Below are positions 56,088 to 64,000 of a stretch of 64,000 nucleotides of DNA, piece by piece; the first letter of the stretch is position 1, and each line of letters opens with the position of its first letter. The stretch comes from a virus (lineage: Duplodnaviria; Caudoviricetes). Location of the stretch: positions 224,001 to 288,000 of the IMG/VR virus record IMGVR_UViG_3300037467_003067. One strand, written 5' to 3'. The notes under the pieces were generated by a model that worked only from the letters and a program-made list of their open reading frames with translations, did not search any database and was not told the origin of the DNA. Position numbers and translations under genes: made by a program.

Positions 56088-57489
56088 AATTACACTTCTC
56101 GATAATTTTGGTCGTGGATTGGTCAGATTGGTAATCATAAATGAAGACTTCTTCAACCAAATCATGCCCCACAACTTCCTCCTTGCGGTAATCTCCGCCC
56201 TTCACGATATAATCGGGCTTGATTGTCTTGATGATTTCCAGGGGCGTGTCTTCGTAGAACGCACAGACGAAATCGACGCAATCCAGTGCGGCGACGATCT
56301 CGATTCGCTGTTTCAAGGGGACGATCGGTCTCGATTCGCCCTTGAGTCGTCGCACGCTCGCATCACTGTTCAGAGCCACGACCAATTTGTCGCCCCTGGA
56401 CTTGGCGAATTGGAGCATCTTGACGTGATTAGCATGTAGGATGTCGAAGCATCCATTGGTAAAGACCAACTTGCCCTCACCCCTCTCTGGCATCATGTAC
56501 TTGGCTTTGTAAGGGTCCTCGGTCCTCATCAGGTCGTAGAGCGAGATGGGGTGATTGTGGATATTGTCTACGTAGGACGCCGCTGCCTTGAAGGCGATCT
56601 CGGCACATTCGCAAATGTTGAATTTGTGGGCAAATGCCAACGCAAGGAAGGCGCAGAAGCAGTCGCCTGCGCCGATGACGCTTCGCGGGATCTTCTTCGT
56701 AGGGTTGACATATTCGAAGAAATCACCGGCAATGCCGTCCCATCCGACCACGCCCTTGCCGCTCTGGGTGATGACTACGCTCTGGCATTGGAGGATGTTT
56801 AGAAAATAGATAGCTTGATCCTTCCAATTCGACAAACTGCTCAGCTTCGCGGCTTCCTGGGAGTTGGGCTTGAAGATCGTACAACCCTTCCATTTCTCTA
56901 TCGGACCATTCTTTGGGTCGATGATGGTCGGAATCCCCAATTGGGTCCATTCTTCGCTGTTCTCCTTGAAGAAACCCTTGTCGTAGTCGGAGAGGATCAG
57001 ATAGTCATTACTCAGGTCTTTTGTCGTGGCAGAGATCTCTGTTTTGCAGTCATTGATGAATTTGTTTCTTATACTTTGTAATGCGAACTCGTGAAGTCCG
57101 TAATTTTCCTGCTCGATGTCGTGGCGACAGAAGGGAGAATCGCCATCGTAGTACCTTCGCTTGATTGGGATGCGAATGTCTGTGTATTTGGCACAGGGGT
57201 CGGTATTGATGTTGTACTGGTTGAGGGTTTTCTCGACTTCGAAATTGAGCAAGGTATTGAGGGCGGCATCGACGTTGAGGTGCTTGAATTGGTAGCAGAC
57301 ATTGGCAGCCCCACCGGGCAGCGTCTTGGTAGGCTTGGTATTGCTCGACTTCATGACCGGGATCGGGAATTCCGGCGAGATCCTCTCTACGGAAATGTCG
57401 AAATATTGGTCAAGCATTGCATCTCCTACCACGGTGATACGGGGGCGATTCTTTTCACATTTTCCGATGAATCTTTCAATTAAACTCAT
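56068..57489 (-). CDS. hldE: bifunctional heptose-7-phosphate kinase / heptose-1-phosphate adenylyltransferase
   Basis: VGDAMLD..ISPE..PGGAANV..SDYDKG..GAGD; FTNGCFDILH..LNSDASVRRLKG..KGGDY..STT. Confidence 0.93.
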   Translation of the reverse strand: MSLIERFIGKCEKNRPRITVVGDAMLDQYFDISVERISPEFPIPVMKSSNTKPTKTLPGGAANVCYQFKHLNVDAALNTLLNFEVEKTLNQYNINTDPCAKYTDIRIPIKRRYYDGDSPFCRHDIEQENYGLHEFALQSIRNKFINDCKTEISATTKDLSNDYLILSDYDKGFFKENSEEWTQLGIPTIIDPKNGPIEKWKGCTIFKPNSQEAAKLSSLSNWKDQAIYFLNILQCQSVVITQSGKGVVGWDGIAGDFFEYVNPTKKIPRSVIGAGDCFCAFLALAFAHKFNICECAEIAFKAAASYVDNIHNHPISLYDLMRTEDPYKAKYMMPERGEGKLVFTNGCFDILHANHVKMLQFAKSRGDKLVVALNSDASVRRLKGESRPIVPLKQRIEIVAALDCVDFVCAFYEDTPLEIIKTIKPDYIVKGGDYRKEEVVGHDLVEEVFIYDYQSDQSTTKIIEKCNFNVPST

Positions 57490-58613
57490 TTGGTCTTTCC
57501 TTCAAGATCGGTCTTGATTCTCGTAAAGACGCTTGACCAATCGCCAAGCGTGTCCTGGCGATAGAGCCGGACCGTATCGTACCACGGGGTCGTCTCTCCC
57601 TCGCCTCCCCATCTCCACTCGCCGAAGTAAGAGAGTATTCCCCACGTTTCTCTTCTTAAGGACCCCGCCAAATGTAATATAGCTGTGTCGACCGATATGA
57701 CCAGATCGGCTCCGAGAATATAGCAGGCAGTGTCGGTGAAGTCCTTGATCTCCATGGACCAGTCGAAAAAGTGAGGAGTACGCATTCCCCACTTGTCATT
57801 GCTGGGATGGAGTAGGTGGAGATTGACTCCGGGAACCGATAGATATTCAAACAGACTCAGCGGGCAAGACCTGTAGAAATCGTTCCGGTGTGCCGGGCAT
57901 CCCGAATTACACACGATGATGTTGAACCCGTTCGGCAAGATTTTCTTGCCAATTCGGTCGAGACAAATCTCCAACGGGACCGATATTCCAGGGTCGTCCA
58001 TGCCTAATAGATACGGCAGGCTCATGAGTGAGGCGAAATAATCGAACCTGGGGAGGCTCACACGCCCTTCGGGATCGCCGACGATGATTTGGTCGATATC
58101 GAGCCGGGAAGCCATCAGAACGTCGCGTAGGGGCTTGTAGGCGATGAGGATGATGTAGCACCGGTATTTCTGCTTAATACACTTCAGGTAGCGGGCGAAT
58201 TGGATGGTGTCGCCGCTGCCTTGCTCGCAATGGATTAGTATGGCTTTGCCGTCGAGGCTGGTCCCCTTGGTCCATAACTTCCGGATTCCGAATTGCTTGA
58301 TATAGAAGCCAAGGGGCGTGAAGAGGTGGAATCGTTGCTCGAATCGCTCCCATGCTTCCTGGTATTCCCGGCGATAGAAGTTGAGGTAGCAATATTCGAA
58401 ATCGGCAAGTAGAAAATTGGGATCGAGGGCGAGTGCCTGGTCGAAATATTTCTGAGATTGGTCGAAGTCTTTGGTGTAGAGATAGAGACTCGCCAGACGG
58501 GTCAAATTTCTTGGGGTGGGATGTTGTGCAATAGAAGCGAGTGCAAGGTCGATTGTTTTATCGACCTTGCACTCGTGAAAGGCGTGGCGGGGATTACCCG
58601 ATAACGTAGTCAT
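57486..58613 (-). CDS. TPR-containing glycosyltransferase family 9-like protein
   Basis: TPR; EQGSGDTIQFARY; DFTDTA..DLVISVDTA..HLAG..WRW..PWY..RLYRQ. Confidence 0.85.
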   Translation of the reverse strand: MTTLSGNPRHAFHECKVDKTIDLALASIAQHPTPRNLTRLASLYLYTKDFDQSQKYFDQALALDPNFLLADFEYCYLNFYRREYQEAWERFEQRFHLFTPLGFYIKQFGIRKLWTKGTSLDGKAILIHCEQGSGDTIQFARYLKCIKQKYRCYIILIAYKPLRDVLMASRLDIDQIIVGDPEGRVSLPRFDYFASLMSLPYLLGMDDPGISVPLEICLDRIGKKILPNGFNIIVCNSGCPAHRNDFYRSCPLSLFEYLSVPGVNLHLLHPSNDKWGMRTPHFFDWSMEIKDFTDTACYILGADLVISVDTAILHLAGSLRRETWGILSYFGEWRWGGEGETTPWYDTVRLYRQDTLGDWSSVFTRIKTDLEGKTK

Positions 58614-59451
58614 TGTCGAATTGGTCGAGGGTGGCGTAGTCGAACTTCTCGTAGCAATGCTCGGGGAGAGTTTGGCGATACTGGACCCAGCCGTGGAAGT
58701 TGCCCGAACGGAAATTGGGGTCGTTGGTGGCTTGGGCACAGTGCTCGAAGGGCGAGAAGTGCTTATCGACCATCAATTGGTCGTGGAGGAAGAAGTCTTT
58801 CTCGGGTTCGGCGGGCTTGCCTTCCATGGTCAGATAGCTGACCCGACAACAACGCGCCGTAGACATCTTGAGTTGGAGGTCAGTGGGATAAAGGTGATGT
58901 TCGGCGGTCGTGATGTAAGGAAGGTGCCAAGCGCCTTCGGGCAATACCATGGGCTTGGAGTCGCGATAGGCGCGAGCCATCATGACCGCGAGCTTCTGGA
59001 TTTCGGGCTGGGCATCCTTGTGACAGCGGAGCGAGAAGAAATTGTCGAAGGTGGTGGCGGTCAGGACGACATTGATGTGTGACCAAGGTTCGAGCATGCG
59101 GTTGACGATCTGCTTGTGCAGACCCAGACCGTTCATGACCTTGGCGAATCCCAGCACGGCTTTGAACGCCCCGAGCCAGCAGAGTTCGGCGAGCGACTTG
59201 TTGGCGATCTCTTCGCCTGCTTGCATGCCCCGTTTCTTCGACCCCCAATGGACTGGCATGACGGGGTCGGCTTCGACCCACTCCATCATCTTTTCGATGG
59301 GGATGGCGCGAGATGACGATGCATTGCGTGAGAACGCACGGTGAGTTAGGGCTTCCGAATGGATCAGGCGGGGATACTTGAGTTGAAATGTGGTGATGCG
59401 GACCTTATTCGGACCGATCGAGTCTGCAATAATCTTAACTTCATAGGACAT
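58594..59451 (-). CDS. thyX: FAD-dependent thymidylate synthase (phage type)
   Basis: THRAFSRNASSSRAIP, HKQIVNRMLEPW, LR..AQPEI, ARCCRVSY, HFSPFEH. Confidence 0.9.
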   Translation of the reverse strand: MSYEVKIIADSIGPNKVRITTFQLKYPRLIHSEALTHRAFSRNASSSRAIPIEKMMEWVEADPVMPVHWGSKKRGMQAGEEIANKSLAELCWLGAFKAVLGFAKVMNGLGLHKQIVNRMLEPWSHINVVLTATTFDNFFSLRCHKDAQPEIQKLAVMMARAYRDSKPMVLPEGAWHLPYITTAEHHLYPTDLQLKMSTARCCRVSYLTMEGKPAEPEKDFFLHDQLMVDKHFSPFEHCAQATNDPNFRSGNFHGWVQYRQTLPEHCYEKFDYATLDQFDNDYVIG

Positions 59452-59482
59452 TAATTACATTTTCCTTAATTATAAACTATCG

Positions 59483-59517
59483 AGACTATCTGTACCCATA
59501 GTGGGTACAGATAGTCT
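59483..59517. terminator. 16-bp stem hairpin
   Basis: agactatctgtaccca-tag-tgggtacagatagtct. Confidence 0.6.
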
Positions 59518-59561
59518 TATATTAGTTACTTAAAAATTTTATAGAGCAAGTTCTTGAAGTT

Positions 59562-60332
59562 TCAGGGGGGCGTTCCCATCTCGACCTCTGAGCAATCGCC
59601 GATGTACTTCTCCTTGAAATACTGGAGAAGCTTGCGGGACGAGGACTGTTCTTTGTAGTCGTATTCCGGGTGCCATTGGCAAGACATCCACCGCTCCTCG
59701 GGGCATTCCATCAACTCGACAATATTCTTGTCCTTGTTGACGTAACTGACGCCCAAGACATGGGGATCTTTTTCATGGGCAACTTCGTACAGGAGACCTT
59801 GGTGGTGGAAGCTGTTTACCCACAAAGGACGCACCGGGGCTTCCTTGGTCACCGGTCTATTGAAAAGAGTGCGATCGGTGAGGATTTCTACCTTGTGGAT
59901 GGGTGAATTGGGGTCGGGAGAGAATTTCGGTTCCTGCACCGAAGGGCAGTGGATGATCGATGAGTCGTCGCAGAGATCCGTGATTAAAGTCATGTCCTTA
60001 CGACAGACCCCTAGCAACTGGTGACCCCGACAGATGCCGAACATCGGAACTCTTGACGCAAGACAACGGTCGATGACCTTGATTTCTCGTCGGTCTCGTC
60101 TGAGGTCGAAGAGCTTCATGTTCTTGCGAGACGGGAAACTCCGATTGTAGGTCATCGGATGGAGATCAACCCCGCCGCAAAGAAAGACGGCACTGACCTT
60201 GGAGACCCAATAATCAAGGTTGGCATCATCGTCCATGTAGAGCAGCACGGGGTTTGCCCCCATGAACTTCTCGATCATGTTGATGACGTCGCCAGTGAAA
60301 GTGCTTGGACCTGTGATACCAATGAGCTTCAT
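59562..60332 (-). CDS. class I glutamine amidotransferase / peptidase C26 (gamma-glutamyl hydrolase-like)
   Basis: GGVD..RDRRE..GICRGHQ..VNSFHHQG..QWHPE. Confidence 0.92.
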   Translation of the reverse strand: MKLIGITGPSTFTGDVINMIEKFMGANPVLLYMDDDANLDYWVSKVSAVFLCGGVDLHPMTYNRSFPSRKNMKLFDLRRDRREIKVIDRCLASRVPMFGICRGHQLLGVCRKDMTLITDLCDDSSIIHCPSVQEPKFSPDPNSPIHKVEILTDRTLFNRPVTKEAPVRPLWVNSFHHQGLLYEVAHEKDPHVLGVSYVNKDKNIVELMECPEERWMSCQWHPEYDYKEQSSSRKLLQYFKEKYIGDCSEVEMGTPP

Positions 60333-60434
60333 TCGTCCATCCTTAGACGTGCCTTTTGAGTTTAGACACTAAAGCAGAAATGCGAATTAAGAAAACCAAT
60401 CGACAAGACACTATCTTAATCAAAGGGGACCAAT

Positions 60435-61010
60435 ATGTCAACGCAAATCAATCAATTCGGCAACGGTCTACAGGTCCTTATTCTCTGTGAGGCAACCGGA
60501 GCCGACAACTTCCTGGCGTTCGCGTCCGTTTATTCGCTCCAGAAACATTTGCCTGATGCCCAACTTGCCATTGCCTGTAAAAGACCAGAGCAAATGATGT
60601 TCGATGTCTTCCCGTGGGCGTACAAATTGGGCATTCCGTTTTTTTACTACCAAAAAAATGAACCGACGGCTGTCGCGATCAAGCGAAATTATTTAAAGTT
60701 GCCCATACTCACCCTCTCTTGTGATATAATGTGCCTCTCGCCCTTTGACCAAGAAATTCTCGATCGCATCGACCCTAACGGCATCACCGACGGTTGCTCC
60801 CTTGCAAATTCGGTGAAGAGCCAAGACCTAAGTTCTCTTTGTTCAATTCAGGAGGGATGTGGATCATTTGTTCCCGCTTCCTGGATACATAAAGGTGGAC
60901 ATCCTTTCGGTCAGACCAATCTCTACGGAAGAGGAAATCTGACCAGGAATGAAAAAAGAGTTTTTGACCTATGGAAAAAACTCTGTCCAGTGTATGATGG
61001 CATTCTCTAG
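60435..61010 (+). CDS. hypothetical protein
   Basis: GGGG RBS; 191 aa. Confidence 0.7.
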   Translation: MSTQINQFGNGLQVLILCEATGADNFLAFASVYSLQKHLPDAQLAIACKRPEQMMFDVFPWAYKLGIPFFYYQKNEPTAVAIKRNYLKLPILTLSCDIMCLSPFDQEILDRIDPNGITDGCSLANSVKSQDLSSLCSIQEGCGSFVPASWIHKGGHPFGQTNLYGRGNLTRNEKRVFDLWKKLCPVYDGIL

Positions 61011-61023
61011 GAGATATGTAATA

Positions 61024-61353
61024 ATGAAAAATCGCTTTAATTTCGATGACGGAGATTTCTCGGAAGACCTTTTCGACGAGTATGAAGACGGGGGGGACGG
61101 CGAGGAATATGGCGATGATGATCCTAGGGATTATCACGATCATCCCGGAGATGAGATCGCTAAAGCCATCGAGCTGGAAAGGAAAGACCTTAATCACCAG
61201 ATACTCTTCGAAACCATCAAGAGCCTGAGGAAGTCGTGGTTCTGGAATTTCCGAAGCCATAAGAGTCAGCAAAAATTAATCGCCGAAACTTATTTAACCT
61301 ATCAGAGGCTCATCATCCTAGGCGAATTCGAGCGGATCGAATACCACGATTGA
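61024..61353 (+). CDS. hypothetical protein with acidic N-terminus
   Basis: AGGAG RBS. Confidence 0.7.
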   Translation: MKNRFNFDDGDFSEDLFDEYEDGGDGEEYGDDDPRDYHDHPGDEIAKAIELERKDLNHQILFETIKSLRKSWFWNFRSHKSQQKLIAETYLTYQRLIILGEFERIEYHD

Positions 61354-61409
61354 GAGTCCGGATTTTTAGATAGGAAAATCGTGCTCACAATAGCACAGAT
61401 AGGAAAAAT

Positions 61410-61748
61410 ATGCCGACTTATGATTTTGCCTGTAACGATTGCTCCGAAGAGTTCACGGAATTGACTCCCTTCGACTCTTCGGGAGCTTATTCCGGTGTCC
61501 ATTGCCCCAAGTGTGGGTCGTCCCACAAGACCAAGGTCTTTGGTTCTTTCTGCTTTAGTTTCTCCAATCCTGAAGGAACTGATCGCTGGAGTAGCGACTC
61601 GCATGGACACGACTACCGCTTCAAACACAACCTTCCCAAGGTCGTTGCTGAACGTGCCGCTGCAGAGATGGCGTCCCACATGGGAGGCTCTCCTTATAAC
61701 GAGATCGACGATATCACCAGCGGCGAGCATTTCGGCGATATCAAGTAA
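61410..61748 (+). CDS. FmdB-family zinc-ribbon protein
   Basis: MPTYDFACNDC..F..CPKCGS. Confidence 0.85.
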   Translation: MPTYDFACNDCSEEFTELTPFDSSGAYSGVHCPKCGSSHKTKVFGSFCFSFSNPEGTDRWSSDSHGHDYRFKHNLPKVVAERAAAEMASHMGGSPYNEIDDITSGEHFGDIK

Positions 61749-61765
61749 TGCCCTTAAACAAAAAA

Positions 61766-61803
61766 GCTTGTAATGACCTGAGTAATCGGATATAGTATGA
61801 CCT
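61766..61803 (+). promoter_or_regulatory. promoter TTGTAA-17-TATAGT, copy 1 of a 38-bp direct repeat
   Basis: gcttgtaatgacctgagtaatcggatatagtatgacct. Confidence 0.75.
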
Positions 61804-62019
61804 ACGTGGAGAGCGGCGATTATTCTCGTTGTTCGGTTCCATTATCCTATAGGTTGCAAATATTGTGGGTGTCGCGAATTCCGCTCGGCTGGCTATTCAA
61901 CGGATCACATCGAGGCGAAGCACGCTGAAGATCGATGTGTTGTCCCTGAATGCAAAGCAGAATCGAGCGGATCATCTCCCACTTGTCTCGATCACCGACT
62001 CGGCTGCCAGTGATTTTTT
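61804..62019 (+). ncRNA. candidate small structured RNA (5' hairpin, long irregular rod, terminator-like end)
   Basis: Nested complementary segments; own promoter; T-tract end. Confidence 0.55.
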
Positions 62020-62086
62020 AGGTAGCAAAATTGAGGCTGGTGAAAATCGGGAATTTTTTCAAATAAGTAAGTTAGCGAATAAAAGG

Positions 62087-62124
62087 GCTTGTAACGACCT
62101 AAGTAATCGGGTATAGTATGACCT
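62087..62124 (+). promoter_or_regulatory. promoter TTGTAA-17-TATAGT, copy 2 (35/38 identical), upstream of prkA
   Basis: gcttgtaacgacctaagtaatcgggtatagtatgacct. Confidence 0.75.
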
Positions 62125-62256
62125 GTTGGGAAGAGCAGTGGTGACCCTCACCACTCAATACCCGAGACAATCACAAGCGTCTGAAGGGAACCCGAGACTA
62201 ATCACTTCTTTCCCACCGATTAGTTTCCTTATCTCTCATTTGAGGAAGGCGGAAGC

Positions 62257-64000
62257 ATGGATAGCTTGACGACGAAGACCGCGACGGCCCAGACGGATTT
62301 CCTGAACGAGTTTCTCGGTGAAGGGAACAAGGACGAGTTCCAGATCCTCAACGAGGAGATGTCCTACGCTGAGTACATTCAGCGGGTCCAGGAGAATCCT
62401 CGGTGGGAGCGGAGTGCTCACCAGCGGGTCTACGACATGATCATGGATGCGGGGTCGAAGACCTTCGTGAAGTATCGCAAGACCCTGACCCATTACAACT
62501 TCTTCGACAACGGCGAGGAAGCGATCTTCGGTCTCGACGAGACGCTCCACGAACTCGTCCAGCATTTCCGGGGGGCGGCAGGACACTTCGGGACTGAGAA
62601 GCGTATCCTTCTCCTCCACGGTCCGGTCGGCTCTTCCAAGAGCACGATCTGCCGCGCCCTGAAGCGGGGCATGGAAGACTACAGCCGCACGGACGGCGGG
62701 GCGTGGTATACCTACAAGTGGGTCGACCTCCCGACTGGTCCCGATGGCGTTTACAACAAGGAGACCGAGTTGGCGGCGATGTTCGAGTCGCCCCTGCACT
62801 TCCTGCCTCCCGATCGCCGGAAGCACCTCTACGCTCGCCTGAACGAGGTCATGCTGGAGCAGGTCCCTGCCGCCGACCGGACCAGCCAGTACACCTTGGT
62901 CCCTGAAGGGGAGTTGAATCCTCGCTCGAAGTTCTTCCTGAACTTCTTGCTCGCCAAGTACGACGGCGACCTCGCCAAGGTGTTGAACAACCACGTCCGC
63001 GTCGTGCGGATGGTCTACAGCGAAGCCGATCGCGTCGGCATCGGCACGTTCCAGCCGAAGGACGAGAAGAACCAGGACGCGACCGAACTGACCGGTGACG
63101 TCGATTTCGCCCAACTGAACTACTTCGGGAGCGATTCCGACCCCCGTGCGTTCAGCTATAACGGCGAGTTTAACATCTCCAACCGGGGCGTCTTCGAATG
63201 CATCGAGATGCTCAAGCTGGACAAGGAGTTCCTGTACGACTTCCTCGGTGCCTCCCAGGAACACGCGATCAAGCCGAAGAAGGCTCCGCAGGTGACGATC
63301 GACGAGGTGATCATCGGTCACACCAACAACCCCGAGTACGAGAAGCTGATCAACGATCCGACGATGGAAGCGTTTCGCGACCGTACCGTCAAGATCGACG
63401 TGCCGTACCAACTCCAACTCTCGAACGAGATCCGGATCTACCAGCGTGACTACGGCAAGGGTCGGGTGCGTCAGCACGTCGCTCCCCACACGCTGGAAAC
63501 GGCGGCTCTCTTCGCCGTCATGACCCGTCTCCAGGACGACAAGGACGGCAAGCTCGACCTCGCCGACAAGGTCAAGCTCTACGACGGCAAGGCTCTCCCC
63601 GGCTATACCGAGGACATGGTCAAGGAGTTCCGGGACAAGTCGGTCGGCGAGGGGATGAAGTGGGGTCTCAGCCCCCGATTCATCCAGGACCAGATCAGCG
63701 CCACCCTGAGCGAGCGGCACGATTACATCAACCCGTTCATGGTCCTTGCCAAGCTCAAGGACAAGCTGCACACCAGCAGCCTGATCACCAACAAGGAGGA
63801 CGTCGCCAAGTACGAGGTCTGCATCGACAAGGCGATCAAGGAGTTGAACAACATCCTCAAGACCGAAGTCCAGAAGGCTCTGGTCTCGGATGAGAACGCC
63901 ATCATCCGGCTCTGCAGCAAGTACATCGACAACCTCATGGCGTACATCGAGGAACGCAAGGTCATCAACCCCTTCACCAAGGCTGACCAGGAGCCCGATG
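62257..64000 (+). CDS. prkA: PrkA/YeaG family AAA+ serine protein kinase (runs off window; absent from ORF track)
   Basis: Translated by hand: SAHQRVYDMI..IFGLDE..KRILLLHGPVGSSKSTI..GIGTFQPKDEKNQDATELTG..DPRAFSYNGE..NRG..EMLK..IIGHTN..EAFRDR. Confidence 0.93.
   Translation, partial: MDSLTTKTATAQTDFLNEFLGEGNKDEFQILNEEMSYAEYIQRVQENPRWERSAHQRVYDMIMDAGSKTFVKYRKTLTHYNFFDNGEEAIFGLDETLHELVQHFRGAAGHFGTEKRILLLHGPVGSSKSTICRALKRGMEDYSRTDGGAWYTYKWVDLPTGPDGVYNKETELAAMFESPLHFLPPDRRKHLYARLNEVMLEQVPAADRTSQYTLVPEGELNPRSKFFLNFLLAKYDGDLAKVLNNHVRVVRMVYSEADRVGIGTFQPKDEKNQDATELTGDVDFAQLNYFGSDSDPRAFSYNGEFNISNRGVFECIEMLKLDKEFLYDFLGASQEHAIKPKKAPQVTIDEVIIGHTNNPEYEKLINDPTMEAFRDRTVKIDVPYQLQLSNEIRIYQRDYGKGRVRQHVAPHTLETAALFAVMTRLQDDKDGKLDLADKVKLYDGKALPGYTEDMVKEFRDKSVGEGMKWGLSPRFIQDQISATLSERHDYINPFMVLAKLKDKLHTSSLITNKEDVAKYEVCIDKAIKELNNILKTEVQKALVSDENAIIRLCSKYIDNLMAYIEERKVINPFTKADQEPD

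Noticed and set aside
62236-63771. 511-aa minus-strand ORF
   Set aside because: It is the antisense shadow of prkA. Strong codon bias removes antisense stops, and it has no recognisable motifs.
1-64000. Stop-codon recoding as in some large phages
   Set aside because: Conserved genes are full length in the standard code, and TAA, TAG and TGA all end genes followed closely by new starts.

Overview
This window is a gene-dense fragment of a large (jumbo/huge) T4-related tailed phage. Evidence: gp41-like helicase, gp32-like SSB, UvsX/RecA, UvsY-like, UvsW, gp4/TnsA-like nuclease, dNMP kinase, ThyX, Rnl2-type RNA ligase, T4-like late promoters and many ORFans. The host is probably a Planctomycete, inferred from a zinc-ribbon-containing SpoVG and a PrkA. 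Auxiliary genes include YgiB/YgiC, an amidoligase, a class I glutamine amidotransferase, an amidinotransferase, HldE with a GT9-like protein, DnaJ, Hsp20, thioredoxin, an iron permease, three DNA methyltransferases (one paired with a putative restriction enzyme) and three AT-rich free-standing endonucleases. The standard genetic code is used. I saw no tRNA, CRISPR array, intein or reverse transcriptase. The most interesting signals not explained by ordinary annotation are: (1) a ~380-nt promoter-driven, multi-domain, pseudoknotted non-coding RNA candidate at ~25041-25420, in front of a Dam-like MTase and a compact PolA; (2) a second ~215-nt rod-like ncRNA candidate under one copy of a duplicated 38-bp promoter next to prkA; (3) about 11 otherwise unrelated proteins, including a putative ADP-ribosyltransferase and a kinase, sharing an N-terminal F-x-x-(W/F/Y)-hydrophobic..E tag that resembles the T4 capsid-targeting sequence, several with apparently leaderless late promoters; (4) a stand-alone class II aaRS-like catalytic core coupled to a MazG-like domain. 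All assignments come from motif reading by eye; no database search was run.
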